Assembly (NCBI GenBank): GCA_024277065.1
Contig: JAJRVY010000060.1
Coordinates: forward strand, 9,486-73,485
From: Planctomycetota bacterium
Lineage (GTDB): Bacteria > Planctomycetota > JAJSAM01 > JAJVHW01
Reading direction: 5' to 3'
Length of the DNA: 64,000 nucleotides
Part shown: positions 9,703 to 19,879 of the stretch, one piece after another
How the letters are laid out: each line of letters opens with the position of its first letter
How positions within the stretch are numbered: position 1 is the stretch's first letter
The notes under the pieces: model-generated
The model's database searches: none
Told to the model about the DNA's origin: nothing
What the model saw: only the letters and a program-made list of their open reading frames with translations
Translations under genes and position numbers: made by a program

Positions 9703-10158
9703 GTGTTTGTCGGCAGGCACGTTCGTAATCTGGATCGGAAGAGCCGCTTGGCGATCCCGGCCGAGTACGTGAATCGCCTGCAGCCCGATGATCGCGGGGA
9801 GTTGTACGTGACGCCGGGCAAGCAGGGTTGCATCTGGCTCGTCCCCAAGTCCTATTGGGCAACGGAGTTCGAGCGACTCGCAGCAGCCTACGACTCCGTC
9901 GTGCCGGGCGAATTCTACCACCACTGCCGCCTGCGCCCGGTCGACAAGGCCGGACGCGTCTTGCTCGACGAGGAGACGCGCGAACTCGCCGGACTGCCGG
10001 ACCCCGGCACCGTCGAGGTGGTTGCCGTCATGGTCTGTGGCTCCGGCCGCTACCTGCAGGTCTGGGACAAGGCTACGTACCAGGAACTCGCACGCTCGCC
10101 GCGCGACTTCGCCCGACGTCTCCCCGTAGGCGTTCGGAGCCCGGAGGTGGTGGAGTAG
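9703..10158 (+). CDS. mraZ: division/cell-wall cluster transcriptional regulator MraZ
   Basis: A GTG at 9703 is preceded by the Shine-Dalgarno sequence gaaggaggg. The translation begins VFVGRHVRNLDRKSRLAIPAEYVNRL and has the two-repeat MraZ architecture, with the second repeat ending ...YLQVWDK. Its 151 aa compares with E. coli MraZ at 152 aa. The 9613 start would put the MraZ boxes inside the ORF. Confidence 0.85.
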   Translation: MFVGRHVRNLDRKSRLAIPAEYVNRLQPDDRGELYVTPGKQGCIWLVPKSYWATEFERLAAAYDSVVPGEFYHHCRLRPVDKAGRVLLDEETRELAGLPDPGTVEVVAVMVCGSGRYLQVWDKATYQELARSPRDFARRLPVGVRSPEVVE

Positions 10159-10159
10159 C

Positions 10160-11122
10160 GTGGTAGCCGCCCATGTTCCTGTGCTGCTCGTCGATGTCCT
10201 CGAGGTGTTGCGGCCCGGGTCCGGCGGCCGCCTGTTCGATGGGACGCTCGGACTGGGTGGGCACTCCTCCGGTTGGCTTGCGGCGACCGCCGCCGCCGGA
10301 ACGACCGGCATGGTCGTCGGCGTGGACCGCGATCCGCAGGCGTTGCACACCGCCGAGGCGCGCCTCGAGGCCGCGTTCCCGGGGTGCAGCAACGTGTACC
10401 GCGGTTCGTATGAAGAAGCCACGGCGGCGGTGCGCGCGGCCGGTATTCGCGATGTTGATGCGGCCCTCATGGACCTCGGGGCTTCGAGCCTCCAACTCGA
10501 CGATCGTGAGCGCGGATTCAGCTTCCGGGCTTCCGGGCCGCTGGACATGCTGATGGACCCCGCGTCGTCTCCGACCGCGGCTGAGTTCGTGAACGGCTCG
10601 AGCGAGGCCGACCTCGAGGATGTCATCTCGCGGTACGGAGAGGACCCGCACGCACGCCGAATCGCACGCGCGATCGTCGTGGAGCGCCGGCGCGCGCCCT
10701 TTACGGACACACTCCGCCTTGCGGAGTGTGTGGCTCGTGCGTCCGGTGGGCGTCGCGGGCGCCGGCACCCCGCGACGCGCACGTTCCAGGCGTTGCGCAT
10801 CGCCGTGAACGATGAGTTGGGGAGACTGGAGCGTGGGCTGCCGGAGGTCGCGCGGTGTGTGCGCGGGGGCGGACGGATGGCCGTCGTGACGTTCCACCGG
10901 CTCGAGGACGCCATCGTGAAGCGCTTCTTCCGCGACAGCGAACGCGCCGGTTGGTGCCGACGCCTGCCGGACAGAACGCCCGCATCCGACGAGGTGCGGC
11001 GCAACCCACGTAGTCGCTCGGCGAGGCTACGCACGATCGAGACGCTGCCCGCCCTGGACGGCTCGCAGCGGGAACTCGAGACCAGGGTCGCGAGCCCGGT
11101 CGCCAGAGGAGGAACGGCATGA
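10160..11122 (+). CDS. rsmH: 16S rRNA (cytosine1402-N4)-methyltransferase
   Basis: The translation begins HVPVLLVDVLEVL...DGTLGLGGHS, a SAM-binding motif at the RsmH N-terminus. Its position follows mraZ. Confidence 0.9.
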   Translation: MVAAHVPVLLVDVLEVLRPGSGGRLFDGTLGLGGHSSGWLAATAAAGTTGMVVGVDRDPQALHTAEARLEAAFPGCSNVYRGSYEEATAAVRAAGIRDVDAALMDLGASSLQLDDRERGFSFRASGPLDMLMDPASSPTAAEFVNGSSEADLEDVISRYGEDPHARRIARAIVVERRRAPFTDTLRLAECVARASGGRRGRRHPATRTFQALRIAVNDELGRLERGLPEVARCVRGGGRMAVVTFHRLEDAIVKRFFRDSERAGWCRRLPDRTPASDEVRRNPRSRSARLRTIETLPALDGSQRELETRVASPVARGGTA

Positions 11123-11460
11123 ACCGCGATGCCCGGAGAGCTGTCACGACGTTTGCAGTTCTCGCAGCGATCGCCACGTGCTTCGCCGCCGTGTCGCTGC
11201 ACGCGCGTGAGGTGGGGGCGGGCTATCGTCTCGCCGCGGCACAGCTCGAGTCTCGCCGTCTGGCCCGTGAGCTACGCGCCGCCCAGCAGGCCGTTGCGAC
11301 GGCGCGTTCACCGGCGGTCGTGCGAGCGACGGCGCTCGCCCTGGCGCTCGAAGTCGAGTATCCGCGGCGATCGCCCGAGGTTCGCGGAGGCGACGTGTAC
11401 TTCTACCGCGGCGCCGCGGCTGCCGAGGACTCTGCTGTTGCCAAGGCCGACGCGCGATGA
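11119..11460 (+). CDS. ftsL: FtsL-like cell division protein (single TM helix plus coiled coil)
   Basis: It is 113 aa. There is an N-terminal TM segment (VTTFAVLAAIATCFAAVSL) followed by a coiled-coil-like region. Its position between rsmH and ftsI is canonical. ATGA overlaps occur at both ends. Confidence 0.55.
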   Translation: MNRDARRAVTTFAVLAAIATCFAAVSLHAREVGAGYRLAAAQLESRRLARELRAAQQAVATARSPAVVRATALALALEVEYPRRSPEVRGGDVYFYRGAAAAEDSAVAKADAR

Positions 11461-13190
11461 CGCCGGCGCGCTTCCAACTGCGGGCGATCGTGGGGCTCGG
11501 CATCCTCATCGTCGCGCTCGGCGGTCTTCTCGTGCGGCTCGGACGCATCCAGATCGGGCGCTTTGAGGATCTGAGCGGCCGCGCCGACCGTCAGCACGTG
11601 TCCCGCCGCCGCGCGGTCGCCGCGGATCGCGGTGCGATCACCGATCGGCATGGCCGCGTGCTGGCACGTACGGAGCGTCGCCCGTCCGTCGCCGTCGATC
11701 CGCGGGTCGTGAGGGATCGCGGCGAACTCGAGCGCCTGGCTCCCATCGTGTTCGAGGAACTAGGCGTCGACGTGCGTCCGATCGTTCAGGCCGCGAGCGG
11801 CGCGTCGCAGTTCAAGTGGGTACTTCGCAAGTCGCGGGACCGGGACGCCGTCGAGCGTGTTGTGGCGCGCGCACGCGGCGCCGGTATCGCAGGGCTGATC
11901 GTCCAGCACGAGCCGGTGCGCGCGTACCCCGCGGGGATACTGGCGGCGCACGTCGTCGGGTTCTCCTACGAGTCCCCGGAGCGCGTCGTTCGCGGGGCCG
12001 CGGGCGCTGAACAACTCGAGGACGGACGCCTCACGGGGCGGCCAGGTTGGCGCCGCACCGAGCGCGACGGTGATGGACGGGCCATCGTGACCGCCGCTGC
12101 GGCGGGCGAGCAGCCCGTTGACGGCGAAGACGTTCGGCTGACGATCGACTCCGTCGTACAGGCGTTTGCCGAGGAGGAGGCCGAGCGCGCGTGGACTGAG
12201 TTCTCGCCGCGCTCGGTGTCCATCGGCGTGCTCGACGTGCGCACGGGGGAGCTCCTTGCGGTCGCGAACCGACCGACGTTCGATCCCAATCGCCTCGCGG
12301 CGGATGCGGCCGCGCGACGCAACCCGTTCTTCGAGAACGTGTTCGAGCCAGGATCCACGTTCAAGCCCATTGCAATGGCGATCGGGCTCGACGCGGGTGT
12401 CGTCGATGTCGGCGAGGTGCTCGACACGAGTCCCGGCACCTTGCGCGTCGGGCGCCGGACGATCCGCGAGGACAAGCACAAGGACTACGGCGCGCTGACG
12501 CCTGCCGGCGTGATCGCCAAGTCGTCGAACGTCGGCATGGCCGTGATCGCGCAACGCATCGGGATCGCGCGGATGCACGCGGCCGTGCGGCTTTTCGGGT
12601 TCGGCTCGCCGACGGGCGTCGGGTGGAAGGGTGAATCCGCCGGGCTCGTCACGAGGCTGCGGAACTGGACCGAGTCGTACACCCTCTGCTCCGTGGCATT
12701 CGGTCAGGAGATCGCCGTGACGCCGGCGCAACTGCTCGCCGCCTACGGCGCATTGGCGAACGACGGCGTCCTGCGTCCGTTGCGACTCGTGGCCGATCGG
12801 CCGGCTTTGCAACCCGTGCGTGTTCTCTCGTCCGTCGCCGCGCAGCGCGTCGCTCAGATGATGGCGGCTGTCTTCACCGAGGGCACCGCGAGCCGCATCG
12901 ACACGGGCGGCTACCGCTTTGCGGGGAAGACCGGCACGGCAGAGCAGCGGGACAAACACGGTGCGGCCGAGTTCGTCGGCTCGTTCGGGTGCTTCGGTCC
13001 CGTGGAGGCGCCGCGACTCGCAGTGCTGGTCGTCGTCGATCGTCCGGAGGGCTCCCCCTACGGGAGCCGTGTCGCAGCTCCCGGGGCGGTGCGGTTGTTG
13101 CGCAATTCGCTGCGGTACCTCGGCGTCCCGCCCCACCCCCGTCCCGCGGCCCGCGACGTCGATCAACTCCTGGAGGTGCAGCCACGATGA
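11457..13190 (+). CDS. ftsI: peptidoglycan D,D-transpeptidase FtsI (PBP3)
   Basis: The translation has STFK (SxxK), KSSNVG (SxN) and KTGTA (KTG) motifs and an N-terminal TM anchor. It sits in its dcw position. Confidence 0.9.
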   Translation: MTPARFQLRAIVGLGILIVALGGLLVRLGRIQIGRFEDLSGRADRQHVSRRRAVAADRGAITDRHGRVLARTERRPSVAVDPRVVRDRGELERLAPIVFEELGVDVRPIVQAASGASQFKWVLRKSRDRDAVERVVARARGAGIAGLIVQHEPVRAYPAGILAAHVVGFSYESPERVVRGAAGAEQLEDGRLTGRPGWRRTERDGDGRAIVTAAAAGEQPVDGEDVRLTIDSVVQAFAEEEAERAWTEFSPRSVSIGVLDVRTGELLAVANRPTFDPNRLAADAAARRNPFFENVFEPGSTFKPIAMAIGLDAGVVDVGEVLDTSPGTLRVGRRTIREDKHKDYGALTPAGVIAKSSNVGMAVIAQRIGIARMHAAVRLFGFGSPTGVGWKGESAGLVTRLRNWTESYTLCSVAFGQEIAVTPAQLLAAYGALANDGVLRPLRLVADRPALQPVRVLSSVAAQRVAQMMAAVFTEGTASRIDTGGYRFAGKTGTAEQRDKHGAAEFVGSFGCFGPVEAPRLAVLVVVDRPEGSPYGSRVAAPGAVRLLRNSLRYLGVPPHPRPAARDVDQLLEVQPR

Positions 13191-14716
13191 CCCGACGCCG
13201 TCCGACTCTCGCGGGACTCCTCCACACCGCGCTCCCCGGGGCGTCCTGCCCCTCCGCCCTCGATGACCGTGTGCCTTTGGCGGGAGTCACGGCCGACAGT
13301 CGCCGCGTCGCTCCGGGGATGCTGTTCGTCGCTCTCCACGGCACTCGTGAGGACGGTTCGCATTACGCCGCCGATGCCGTCGCGCTGGGGGCCTGCGCCG
13401 TCGTCGCCGCGGAGGATGCGGTCATGCCGGAGTTGTGCGTGCCGGTGATCCGTGCGGCCGACACGCGCGGCGCACTCGCGCTCCTTGCCGCAGCCTTCCA
13501 CGGCCACCCCTCCGAGGCCCTGACGGTCGTCGGGGTGACCGGGACGAACGGCAAGACCACGACCGCCCACCTCATCGAGGCCGTCCTGGCGGCCGCCGGC
13601 CACGGGCCGTCCGCGGTACTGGGCACGATCGAGTACGCATGGCCGGGCACACGTCGCGCGGCCGGCAACACGACACCCGGCGCCGACGAGCTGCAGGCAC
13701 TGCTCGCCGCGGCACGCGACGCCGGCTGCCGATCGGCGTTCATCGAGGTGTCGAGCCACGCGCTCGACCAGCGGCGCGTCGCCGCCGTCCGGTTCGCCGG
13801 CGCCGTCTTCACGAATCTGTCCGGAGATCACCTGGACTACCACGACTCGATGGAGGCTTACGCCGCGGCGAAGTCACGCCTGTTCAGCGGGCTCGACGCC
13901 GGGGCCGTCGTTGCTGTGAACGGTGAAGATCCCTACGCCCAGACGATGCTGCGCGAGTGCGCCGCGCGCGTCCTGCGCTATGGCCTCGATGCTCCCAGTT
14001 CTCCCGACGTCACCGCCCGCGGGTTGCGGCTCTCGGCCGAGGGCGTCACGTTCACGCTGGTGACACCGGGCGGCGACGCGCAGGTGAGTAGTTCGCTACT
14101 GGGGCGCTACAACGTCCTGAACCTGCTCGCGGCGGCGACGATCGGTTTCGGACTCGGTGCGACGCCGCAGCAGATCGCCGTCGGACTCGGCGCCGTGCGC
14201 GGCGTGCGCGGGCGACTCGAGCCGGTCGAGGCCGGGCAGCCGTTCACGATTCTCGTGGACTACGCGCACACGGATGACGCCGTCTCGCACGTGCTGCGCA
14301 ACCTGCGGTCGGTCGTGCCCGGTCGGTTGATCAGCGTCGTCGGATGCGGAGGCGACCGCGACCGCACCAAGCGTCCGCGCATGGCACGTGCGGCCGCGGA
14401 GTTGTCGGACGCGGTGTGGCTGACGTCGGACAACCCCCGCACCGAGGATCCGGCGACGATCATCGACGACATGCTCGGAGGGGTCTATGGCGCGCGCAAC
14501 GTGCGCGTCGAGACGGATCGGCGCGCCGCAATCGCCGGCGCGATCGCAACGGCACAGGTCGGCGACTGCGTGGCCGTGCTCGGCAAGGGGCACGAGTACT
14601 ACCAGATCGTCGGCGACGAACGACGCCCGTTCGACGACCGCGAGGTCGCGGCACAGGCGGTCAGGGCTCTGCTTCGCGTGGGTGCGACGCAGAAAGCACA
14701 AGATAAGGTGGTTTGA
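13187..14716 (+). CDS. murE: UDP-N-acetylmuramoyl-L-alanyl-D-glutamate--2,6-diaminopimelate ligase
   Basis: The ATG at 13187 overlaps the ftsI stop. The translation has GVTGTNGKTTT (P-loop) and the Mur ligase middle and C-terminal domains. The order ftsI-murE-murF is canonical. Confidence 0.9.
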   Translation: MTRRRPTLAGLLHTALPGASCPSALDDRVPLAGVTADSRRVAPGMLFVALHGTREDGSHYAADAVALGACAVVAAEDAVMPELCVPVIRAADTRGALALLAAAFHGHPSEALTVVGVTGTNGKTTTAHLIEAVLAAAGHGPSAVLGTIEYAWPGTRRAAGNTTPGADELQALLAAARDAGCRSAFIEVSSHALDQRRVAAVRFAGAVFTNLSGDHLDYHDSMEAYAAAKSRLFSGLDAGAVVAVNGEDPYAQTMLRECAARVLRYGLDAPSSPDVTARGLRLSAEGVTFTLVTPGGDAQVSSSLLGRYNVLNLLAAATIGFGLGATPQQIAVGLGAVRGVRGRLEPVEAGQPFTILVDYAHTDDAVSHVLRNLRSVVPGRLISVVGCGGDRDRTKRPRMARAAAELSDAVWLTSDNPRTEDPATIIDDMLGGVYGARNVRVETDRRAAIAGAIATAQVGDCVAVLGKGHEYYQIVGDERRPFDDREVAAQAVRALLRVGATQKAQDKVV

Positions 14717-14777
14717 GAACGACACCTCACCAACAATAGTGGTGCGGGCGTCGGCGTTCGGCCGACGGGAGGATGGC

Positions 14778-16214
14778 ATGACCGATTTCGACGTGACGCG
14801 CGTGGCGCAACTTTGCCAGGGTGCGCTCGAGGGCCGCGGCGGTGACGCCCGCGTGTCTCGTGTGGTGATCGACTCTCGCGAGGCGCGTGCCGGCGACCTG
14901 TTCGTCGCGCTGCCCGGATCGCGCACGCACGGGCATGCCCACGTGGCCGATGCCCTGCGTCGTGGCGCGGTTGCGGCGATCGTCGCGCCCGGCGCGCCGC
15001 CGCTCCCCGACGATCTGCAGGATCGTGCGCTCGTGCGCGTGAAGTTCCCGCGCAAGGCGCTCGCGGACTTGGCGCGCGCGCATCGACGCACCCTGCGCTG
15101 TCCCGTCATCGCCGTCACCGGCAGCAACGGCAAGAGTTCGACGCGAGAACTGATCGCCGCGGCGCTCTCGCCGCTCGGCGAGATCGTCCAGTCGCCGCGG
15201 TCGTTCAACAATGATCTCGGCGTGCCGTTGACGATCCTCGCCGCGGGGCCCGAGACGCAGGCGCTTGTCGTCGAGATGGGCACGAACGGGCGCGGTGAGA
15301 TCCGTAGTCTCTGCGGCATCGCGCGACCTGACATGGGCGTGGTGACGAACGTGTCGGCCGCGCACCTCGAGGGCCTCGGCACCGTCGAGGGTATCGCGCG
15401 TGAGAAGGGGGCGCTCGCGGAGGCGCTGCCGGAGGAGGGGCTGCTGGTCCTCAACGGCGAGGATGAACTCGTCGTCGCGATGGCGGCGCGCACGGCCGCG
15501 CGCGTGGTCACGTACGGACTCAGCGAGGGGCGTGCCACCGTGTGGGGTTGTCGTGTCGGGCGTACCCCTCAGGGCACGGTGGTGTGGGTGTACGGCAAGA
15601 TGCGCATCTTCCTGCCCGTGATCGGCACGCACAACGCGCGCGGTGCCATGGCTGCCGTCTCGATTGCGCTCGCGCTCGGCGTCGCGCCGAAGGAGATCCG
15701 CAGGGGGCTGCGCACCGTGAAGTTGCCGAGCATGCGCCTCGAGTTGAGGTGCCTCGGCGGCGTTCCGGTGTTGCTCGATTGCTACAACGCGAATCCGGCA
15801 TCGCTCGAGTCCGCCGTGACGGAACTGGTCGCACGCGGCGGAGCACGTCGCAAGGTGCTCGTGTTCGGCGACATGCAAGAACTCGGGCCGCGGTCCGACG
15901 CGATGCACCGCGACTGCGGTCGGAGGCTGGCGACGCGGGTGGACGTGCTGTGGTGCATCGGCAGCGAGGCGCGCGCTGCGTACGAGGCGGCCGCGGGCGC
16001 CGGACTGCACCCCGAGCAGGTGTTCTGGTCGCCCGATGTCGAGACGTCTCTGCGGGAGCCTGCCGTGACGCTTGGCGAGACGGACTTCGTGCTGTTCAAG
16101 GCGTCTCGCGGGATGGCCCTCGAGCGCGTGGCCGAGGGACTTCTCGGCAAGGAGCGGCGCTCGCCGCCCGCGGCGTCGCGCCAGGGCAAGGCGACGGGCC
16201 AGCGGGTGAACTGA
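14778..16214 (+). CDS. murF: UDP-N-acetylmuramoyl-tripeptide--D-alanyl-D-alanine ligase
   Basis: The ATG is at 14778. The translation has VTGSNGKSST (P-loop) and Mur ligase domains. The upstream part of the 14487 ORF is a spurious extension overlapping the murE 3' end. Confidence 0.9.
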   Translation: MTDFDVTRVAQLCQGALEGRGGDARVSRVVIDSREARAGDLFVALPGSRTHGHAHVADALRRGAVAAIVAPGAPPLPDDLQDRALVRVKFPRKALADLARAHRRTLRCPVIAVTGSNGKSSTRELIAAALSPLGEIVQSPRSFNNDLGVPLTILAAGPETQALVVEMGTNGRGEIRSLCGIARPDMGVVTNVSAAHLEGLGTVEGIAREKGALAEALPEEGLLVLNGEDELVVAMAARTAARVVTYGLSEGRATVWGCRVGRTPQGTVVWVYGKMRIFLPVIGTHNARGAMAAVSIALALGVAPKEIRRGLRTVKLPSMRLELRCLGGVPVLLDCYNANPASLESAVTELVARGGARRKVLVFGDMQELGPRSDAMHRDCGRRLATRVDVLWCIGSEARAAYEAAAGAGLHPEQVFWSPDVETSLREPAVTLGETDFVLFKASRGMALERVAEGLLGKERRSPPAASRQGKATGQRVN

Positions 16215-16233
16215 CCGAGGAGGGGAGTCCTGC

Positions 16234-17355
16234 GTGGTCCACTATCTTCTGGTGCCTCTGTCCAGGTACATCGAGAGCTTCCGGCTCTTCGAGTCGATCC
16301 ATCTGCGGGCGCTCTGCGCGGGGCTCACGGCGTTCCTGATCGGGATCGTCGTCGGGCCCGGGATCATCGAACGCCTGGGCCAGATGCGCTGGCGGGAACG
16401 CATCGCATCGGACAGCCCCAAGCTGGCTGCCCTTCACAAGGGGAAGGCCGACACGCCGACGATGGGTGGAATGATCCTCGTGCTGGCGACCGCGACGGGC
16501 ACGCTGCTGTTCGCGCGGCTCGATCAGCAACTCGTGCTCGCCGCGCTGTGGACGATGACGGCGATGGGCGTGCTCGGTGGCATCGATGACCGCATCAAAC
16601 TGCTCGGTCTGCCGGACGCGAGGAACCCCGGGAAGTTGCGCAAGGGCATGGACGGCTGGCCGAAGATCTGGGGCCAGGTCCTGATCGGCGCCGTCGCGAT
16701 GATCTGGATCTGGTGGACGATGCAGGACGTGCCGGGGTGGGATGCACTGCGCCTGCCGGTCGCCATCGGCGGCGATCTGTCACTGGGAATGCTGATCATC
16801 CCCGTGGGCATCTTCGTTCTCGTCGCCACGAGTAACGCCGTCAACCTGACCGACGGGATGGATGGTCTTGCGGCGGGCTGCGGCGTGATCGTCACGCTCG
16901 TCCTCGCAATCGCCGCCTACCTCGTCGGCCACAGCGGCGTGGCGCCCCATCTGGGACAGGTGTTCATCCCGCAGGGGGGCGAACTCGCCGTGTTCCTGTG
17001 CGCGCTGGCCGGTGGCACGGCGGGGTTCCTCTGGTGGAACTGCCACCCCGCGCGTGTCTTAATGGGCAACACCGGCAGCATGGCGCTCGGCGGTGCGCTG
17101 GCGATCGCCGCCGTCGGCATGCGCCAGGAGGTTCTCCTGGCCGTGGCCGGTGCGGCGTTCGTCTGGGAGACGGTCTCCGTGATCCTGCAGGTCGGCTCCT
17201 ACAAGACGCGGGGTGGCAAGCGCGTGTTCCTGATCGCGCCTTATCACCACCATCTCCAGTTCAAGGGGTGGCCCGAGTCGAGGGTCGTGATGAGTTTTTG
17301 GATCGGCACCGCCGTCTGCGGCGTCGTGGCCCTCGGACTGCAGCGGGTGTTCTGA
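16234..17355 (+). CDS. mraY: phospho-N-acetylmuramoyl-pentapeptide-transferase
   Basis: It is a 10-TM protein with conserved MraY motifs (NAVNLTDGMDGLA, the HHH region ...PYHHHLQFKGW). Confidence 0.95.
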   Translation: MVHYLLVPLSRYIESFRLFESIHLRALCAGLTAFLIGIVVGPGIIERLGQMRWRERIASDSPKLAALHKGKADTPTMGGMILVLATATGTLLFARLDQQLVLAALWTMTAMGVLGGIDDRIKLLGLPDARNPGKLRKGMDGWPKIWGQVLIGAVAMIWIWWTMQDVPGWDALRLPVAIGGDLSLGMLIIPVGIFVLVATSNAVNLTDGMDGLAAGCGVIVTLVLAIAAYLVGHSGVAPHLGQVFIPQGGELAVFLCALAGGTAGFLWWNCHPARVLMGNTGSMALGGALAIAAVGMRQEVLLAVAGAAFVWETVSVILQVGSYKTRGGKRVFLIAPYHHHLQFKGWPESRVVMSFWIGTAVCGVVALGLQRVF

Positions 17356-17357
17356 GA

Positions 17358-18629
17358 GTGCGCAAGGACGTCGTCTCAGCCACGCCGAGCGGGATCGCCG
17401 ACGGCTTCTGGTCGCGACCGTACGGGCCGCTCGAGCCCGCGGCGCGAGCGCTCGTCACCGTGGCGGTGGTGCTCATGGTCTGCGGCGTGATCATCGTCTA
17501 CAGCGCGTCCTGGGGCACGGGCATCGTGCATTTCGATGGCGACGGGACGCACTTCCTGCGGCGTCAGGCCGTGTGGGCCGCTCTGGGGCTGTTGGCGATG
17601 TTCGGGGCCATGCGCATCGACCCACGGCGCCTCGAGCGGCTCGGGCGGCCGGCGCTCGTCGTCAGCCTGGTGCTGCTCGCGGCGGTGCTGGTCCCGGGGC
17701 TCGCTCCCGAGATCAAGGGCGCGCGGCGCTGGCTGCGCCTCGGCGGTTTCTCGTTCCAGCCCAGCGAGTTCGCCAAGTTGGCGCTCGTCGTCTGGCTCGC
17801 GTCACACCTGGCGCGCAACGCCCGGTGTCTCGACGACTGGCGGCGCGGGACCCTGCCCGCCGTTCTTCCTCTCGGGCTGGCCTGCTTCCTCGTGCTCATC
17901 GAGCCGGACTTCGGTACCGCTCTCTTTCTCGGGGCGGTGGGCGTCGCGATGACGCTCGTCGGCGGTGTTCCCGTGCAGCGCCTGGGTTTCCTTGCGGCCT
18001 GCACGCTTCCGGTCCTCGGGTGGCAGGTCCACGAGCGCTGGGACGTGATGATGCGCCGCATCGAGGCCGTGGGCGCCGATGACGTGATGGCCGCCGCCTC
18101 GTCGGCCGGGGCCGGCGGCGCCCTCTATCAGGTGCGGCAGTCGCTCGTGGCTCTCGGATCGGGAGGTCTGTTCGGCCGCGGACTGGGGGCGGGCCATCAG
18201 AAGCTGTTCTTCCTGCCCGAGGCGCGCACGGACTTCATCCTGCCGGTCATCGGCGAGGAACTCGGGTTCGTGGGGACGCCGAGCGTCGTCCTCCTGTACG
18301 CCGTGCTGATCGCGTGCGGTCTGCGCATCGCACTGGGCGCTGCGAGGCAGGACCGCTTCGGCTTCCTGCTGACGTTCGGGCTGGTGTTCTGGATCGGGCT
18401 GCAGGCGGCGGGCAACGTCGCCGTCGTCACGGCCAGTGTGCCGACGAAGGGCATCGCGCTGCCCTTCGTCAGCCTCGGCGGATCGTCTCTCGTCGTGCTC
18501 TGCTTTGCCGTCGGACTCGTCTATGCCGTCGCGCGCCACATCGATGCGCTCTGCGCGGTGCCGGCGACTGCGGGCGATGTCGCCGTGGGTTGCGGACCGC
18601 CCGTGGTCCGCGGGGGAGGCGTCGCGTGA
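17358..18629 (+). CDS. ftsW: SEDS-family peptidoglycan glycosyltransferase FtsW
   Basis: A GTG at 17358 sits just after the mraY stop. It is polytopic, with FtsW/RodA signature regions (LPFVSLGGSS, PEARTDFI). It follows mraY, with murD absent. Confidence 0.85.
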   Translation: MRKDVVSATPSGIADGFWSRPYGPLEPAARALVTVAVVLMVCGVIIVYSASWGTGIVHFDGDGTHFLRRQAVWAALGLLAMFGAMRIDPRRLERLGRPALVVSLVLLAAVLVPGLAPEIKGARRWLRLGGFSFQPSEFAKLALVVWLASHLARNARCLDDWRRGTLPAVLPLGLACFLVLIEPDFGTALFLGAVGVAMTLVGGVPVQRLGFLAACTLPVLGWQVHERWDVMMRRIEAVGADDVMAAASSAGAGGALYQVRQSLVALGSGGLFGRGLGAGHQKLFFLPEARTDFILPVIGEELGFVGTPSVVLLYAVLIACGLRIALGAARQDRFGFLLTFGLVFWIGLQAAGNVAVVTASVPTKGIALPFVSLGGSSLVVLCFAVGLVYAVARHIDALCAVPATAGDVAVGCGPPVVRGGGVA

Positions 18630-19879
18630 TTCGAGCCGTCGAGCCGTCCACGGTGCTCTTTGCGGGGGGCGGAACCGGTGGGCACCTGTTCCCGGGCGTC
18701 GCCGTGGCCGAGGCGCTGGCGCGCCGTCTTCCCGGTTCCCGCTCCCTGCTCGCCATCACCGCGCGCGACGCGGTCTCGGCACACGGCGCGGCGTGCCCCT
18801 TCGAGAAGGTGCGCGTGGACTCGCCGCGGCGTCCCGGAGGGGCGCTGGGCGTGCCGCTGTTCGGTGCGCAGATGGCCCGGGCGATGGCCCGTTCGCTGAT
18901 GCTCGTGCGCGACGCGCACGTGACGACGGTGGTCGGGCTCGGCGGTTACGGCAGCGTGGCGCCGGTACTCGCGGCGCGACTCGTCGGCGTACCCGCCGTG
19001 CTCTTGGAGCAGAACGCCGTCCCAGGCCAGGCCACGCGCCTGCTCTCGCGCTTCGCGGCCGTGACGGCGGCTTCGTTCCCGGGACTCGCCGCGCACGGCG
19101 TGCACAGCCGCGTCGCGCACACCGGGAACCCGCTCCGCTCCCGGGTTCTCGACGTGCGCTGTGCCCACGACGAACTGGGACTCGTGCCCGGCCTCCCCGT
19201 GCTCGCCGTGTTCGGCGGGAGTCTCGGCTCCCGCGGCGTCTCACAGCGCTTCGTCGAAGCGCTGCCGCTGCTCGTCGAGCGCCTCGGCAGCTTCGCGGCG
19301 CCGGTCCTCGATCCCGGCCTGCGTCGCATCGGACGGGCGTTCCAGGTGATCCACGCAGCCGGTACCGAGGCGGCGACGGCCGAACTCGTGCGCGCCTACC
19401 GCGCGGCCGGCGTCCGCGCGTGCGTGCGGCCGTTCTTCGGCGACATGGCGGCCGTCTACGGCACCGCCGACGTCCTGCTCTGTCGCGCCGGGGGGACGAC
19501 CGTCGCCGAGGTCGCCGCCGTGGGGCTGCCGGCCGTCTTCGTGCCCTATCCGCACCATGCCGACGGTCACCAGCGACAGAACGCGGCCACGCTCGTCGAG
19601 CACGGAGCGGCGACCATCATCGAGGAGCACGAGATGACACCGCAGGCCGTGGCGCGCGAGCTCGTCCCGCTCCTGCGGGATCCGTCGCTGCGGCGCCGTC
19701 GCACGCGGGCCGCGCGCCGACTCGGTCGTCCGCGAGCCGCGGATCGTGTCGTCGATCTGCTCGCCGACCTGCGTGGTGACGCGTTCGGTGCGGCGTCGAT
19801 GCGTGGATCGCCCGTCGCGGCGGGCGAGCCCGCGGGCGCGGCCCTGGGGCCCATGTTCGATCAGGTGAGGCACTCATGA
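18626..19879 (+). CDS. murG: undecaprenyldiphospho-muramoylpentapeptide beta-N-acetylglucosaminyltransferase
   Basis: A GTG at 18626 overlaps the ftsW stop. The translation has LFAGGGTGGHLFPGVAVAEAL, the MurG N-terminal glycine-rich motif. There is a C-terminal GT28 domain. Confidence 0.85.
   Translation: MIRAVEPSTVLFAGGGTGGHLFPGVAVAEALARRLPGSRSLLAITARDAVSAHGAACPFEKVRVDSPRRPGGALGVPLFGAQMARAMARSLMLVRDAHVTTVVGLGGYGSVAPVLAARLVGVPAVLLEQNAVPGQATRLLSRFAAVTAASFPGLAAHGVHSRVAHTGNPLRSRVLDVRCAHDELGLVPGLPVLAVFGGSLGSRGVSQRFVEALPLLVERLGSFAAPVLDPGLRRIGRAFQVIHAAGTEAATAELVRAYRAAGVRACVRPFFGDMAAVYGTADVLLCRAGGTTVAEVAAVGLPAVFVPYPHHADGHQRQNAATLVEHGAATIIEEHEMTPQAVARELVPLLRDPSLRRRRTRAARRLGRPRAADRVVDLLADLRGDAFGAASMRGSPVAAGEPAGAALGPMFDQVRHS

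Noticed and set aside
9613-10158. Longer mraZ ORF starting at 9613
   Set aside because: It would contain the GTGGG operator array and add about 30 non-conserved residues. A GTG at 9703 with a strong SD gives the canonical MraZ N-terminus.
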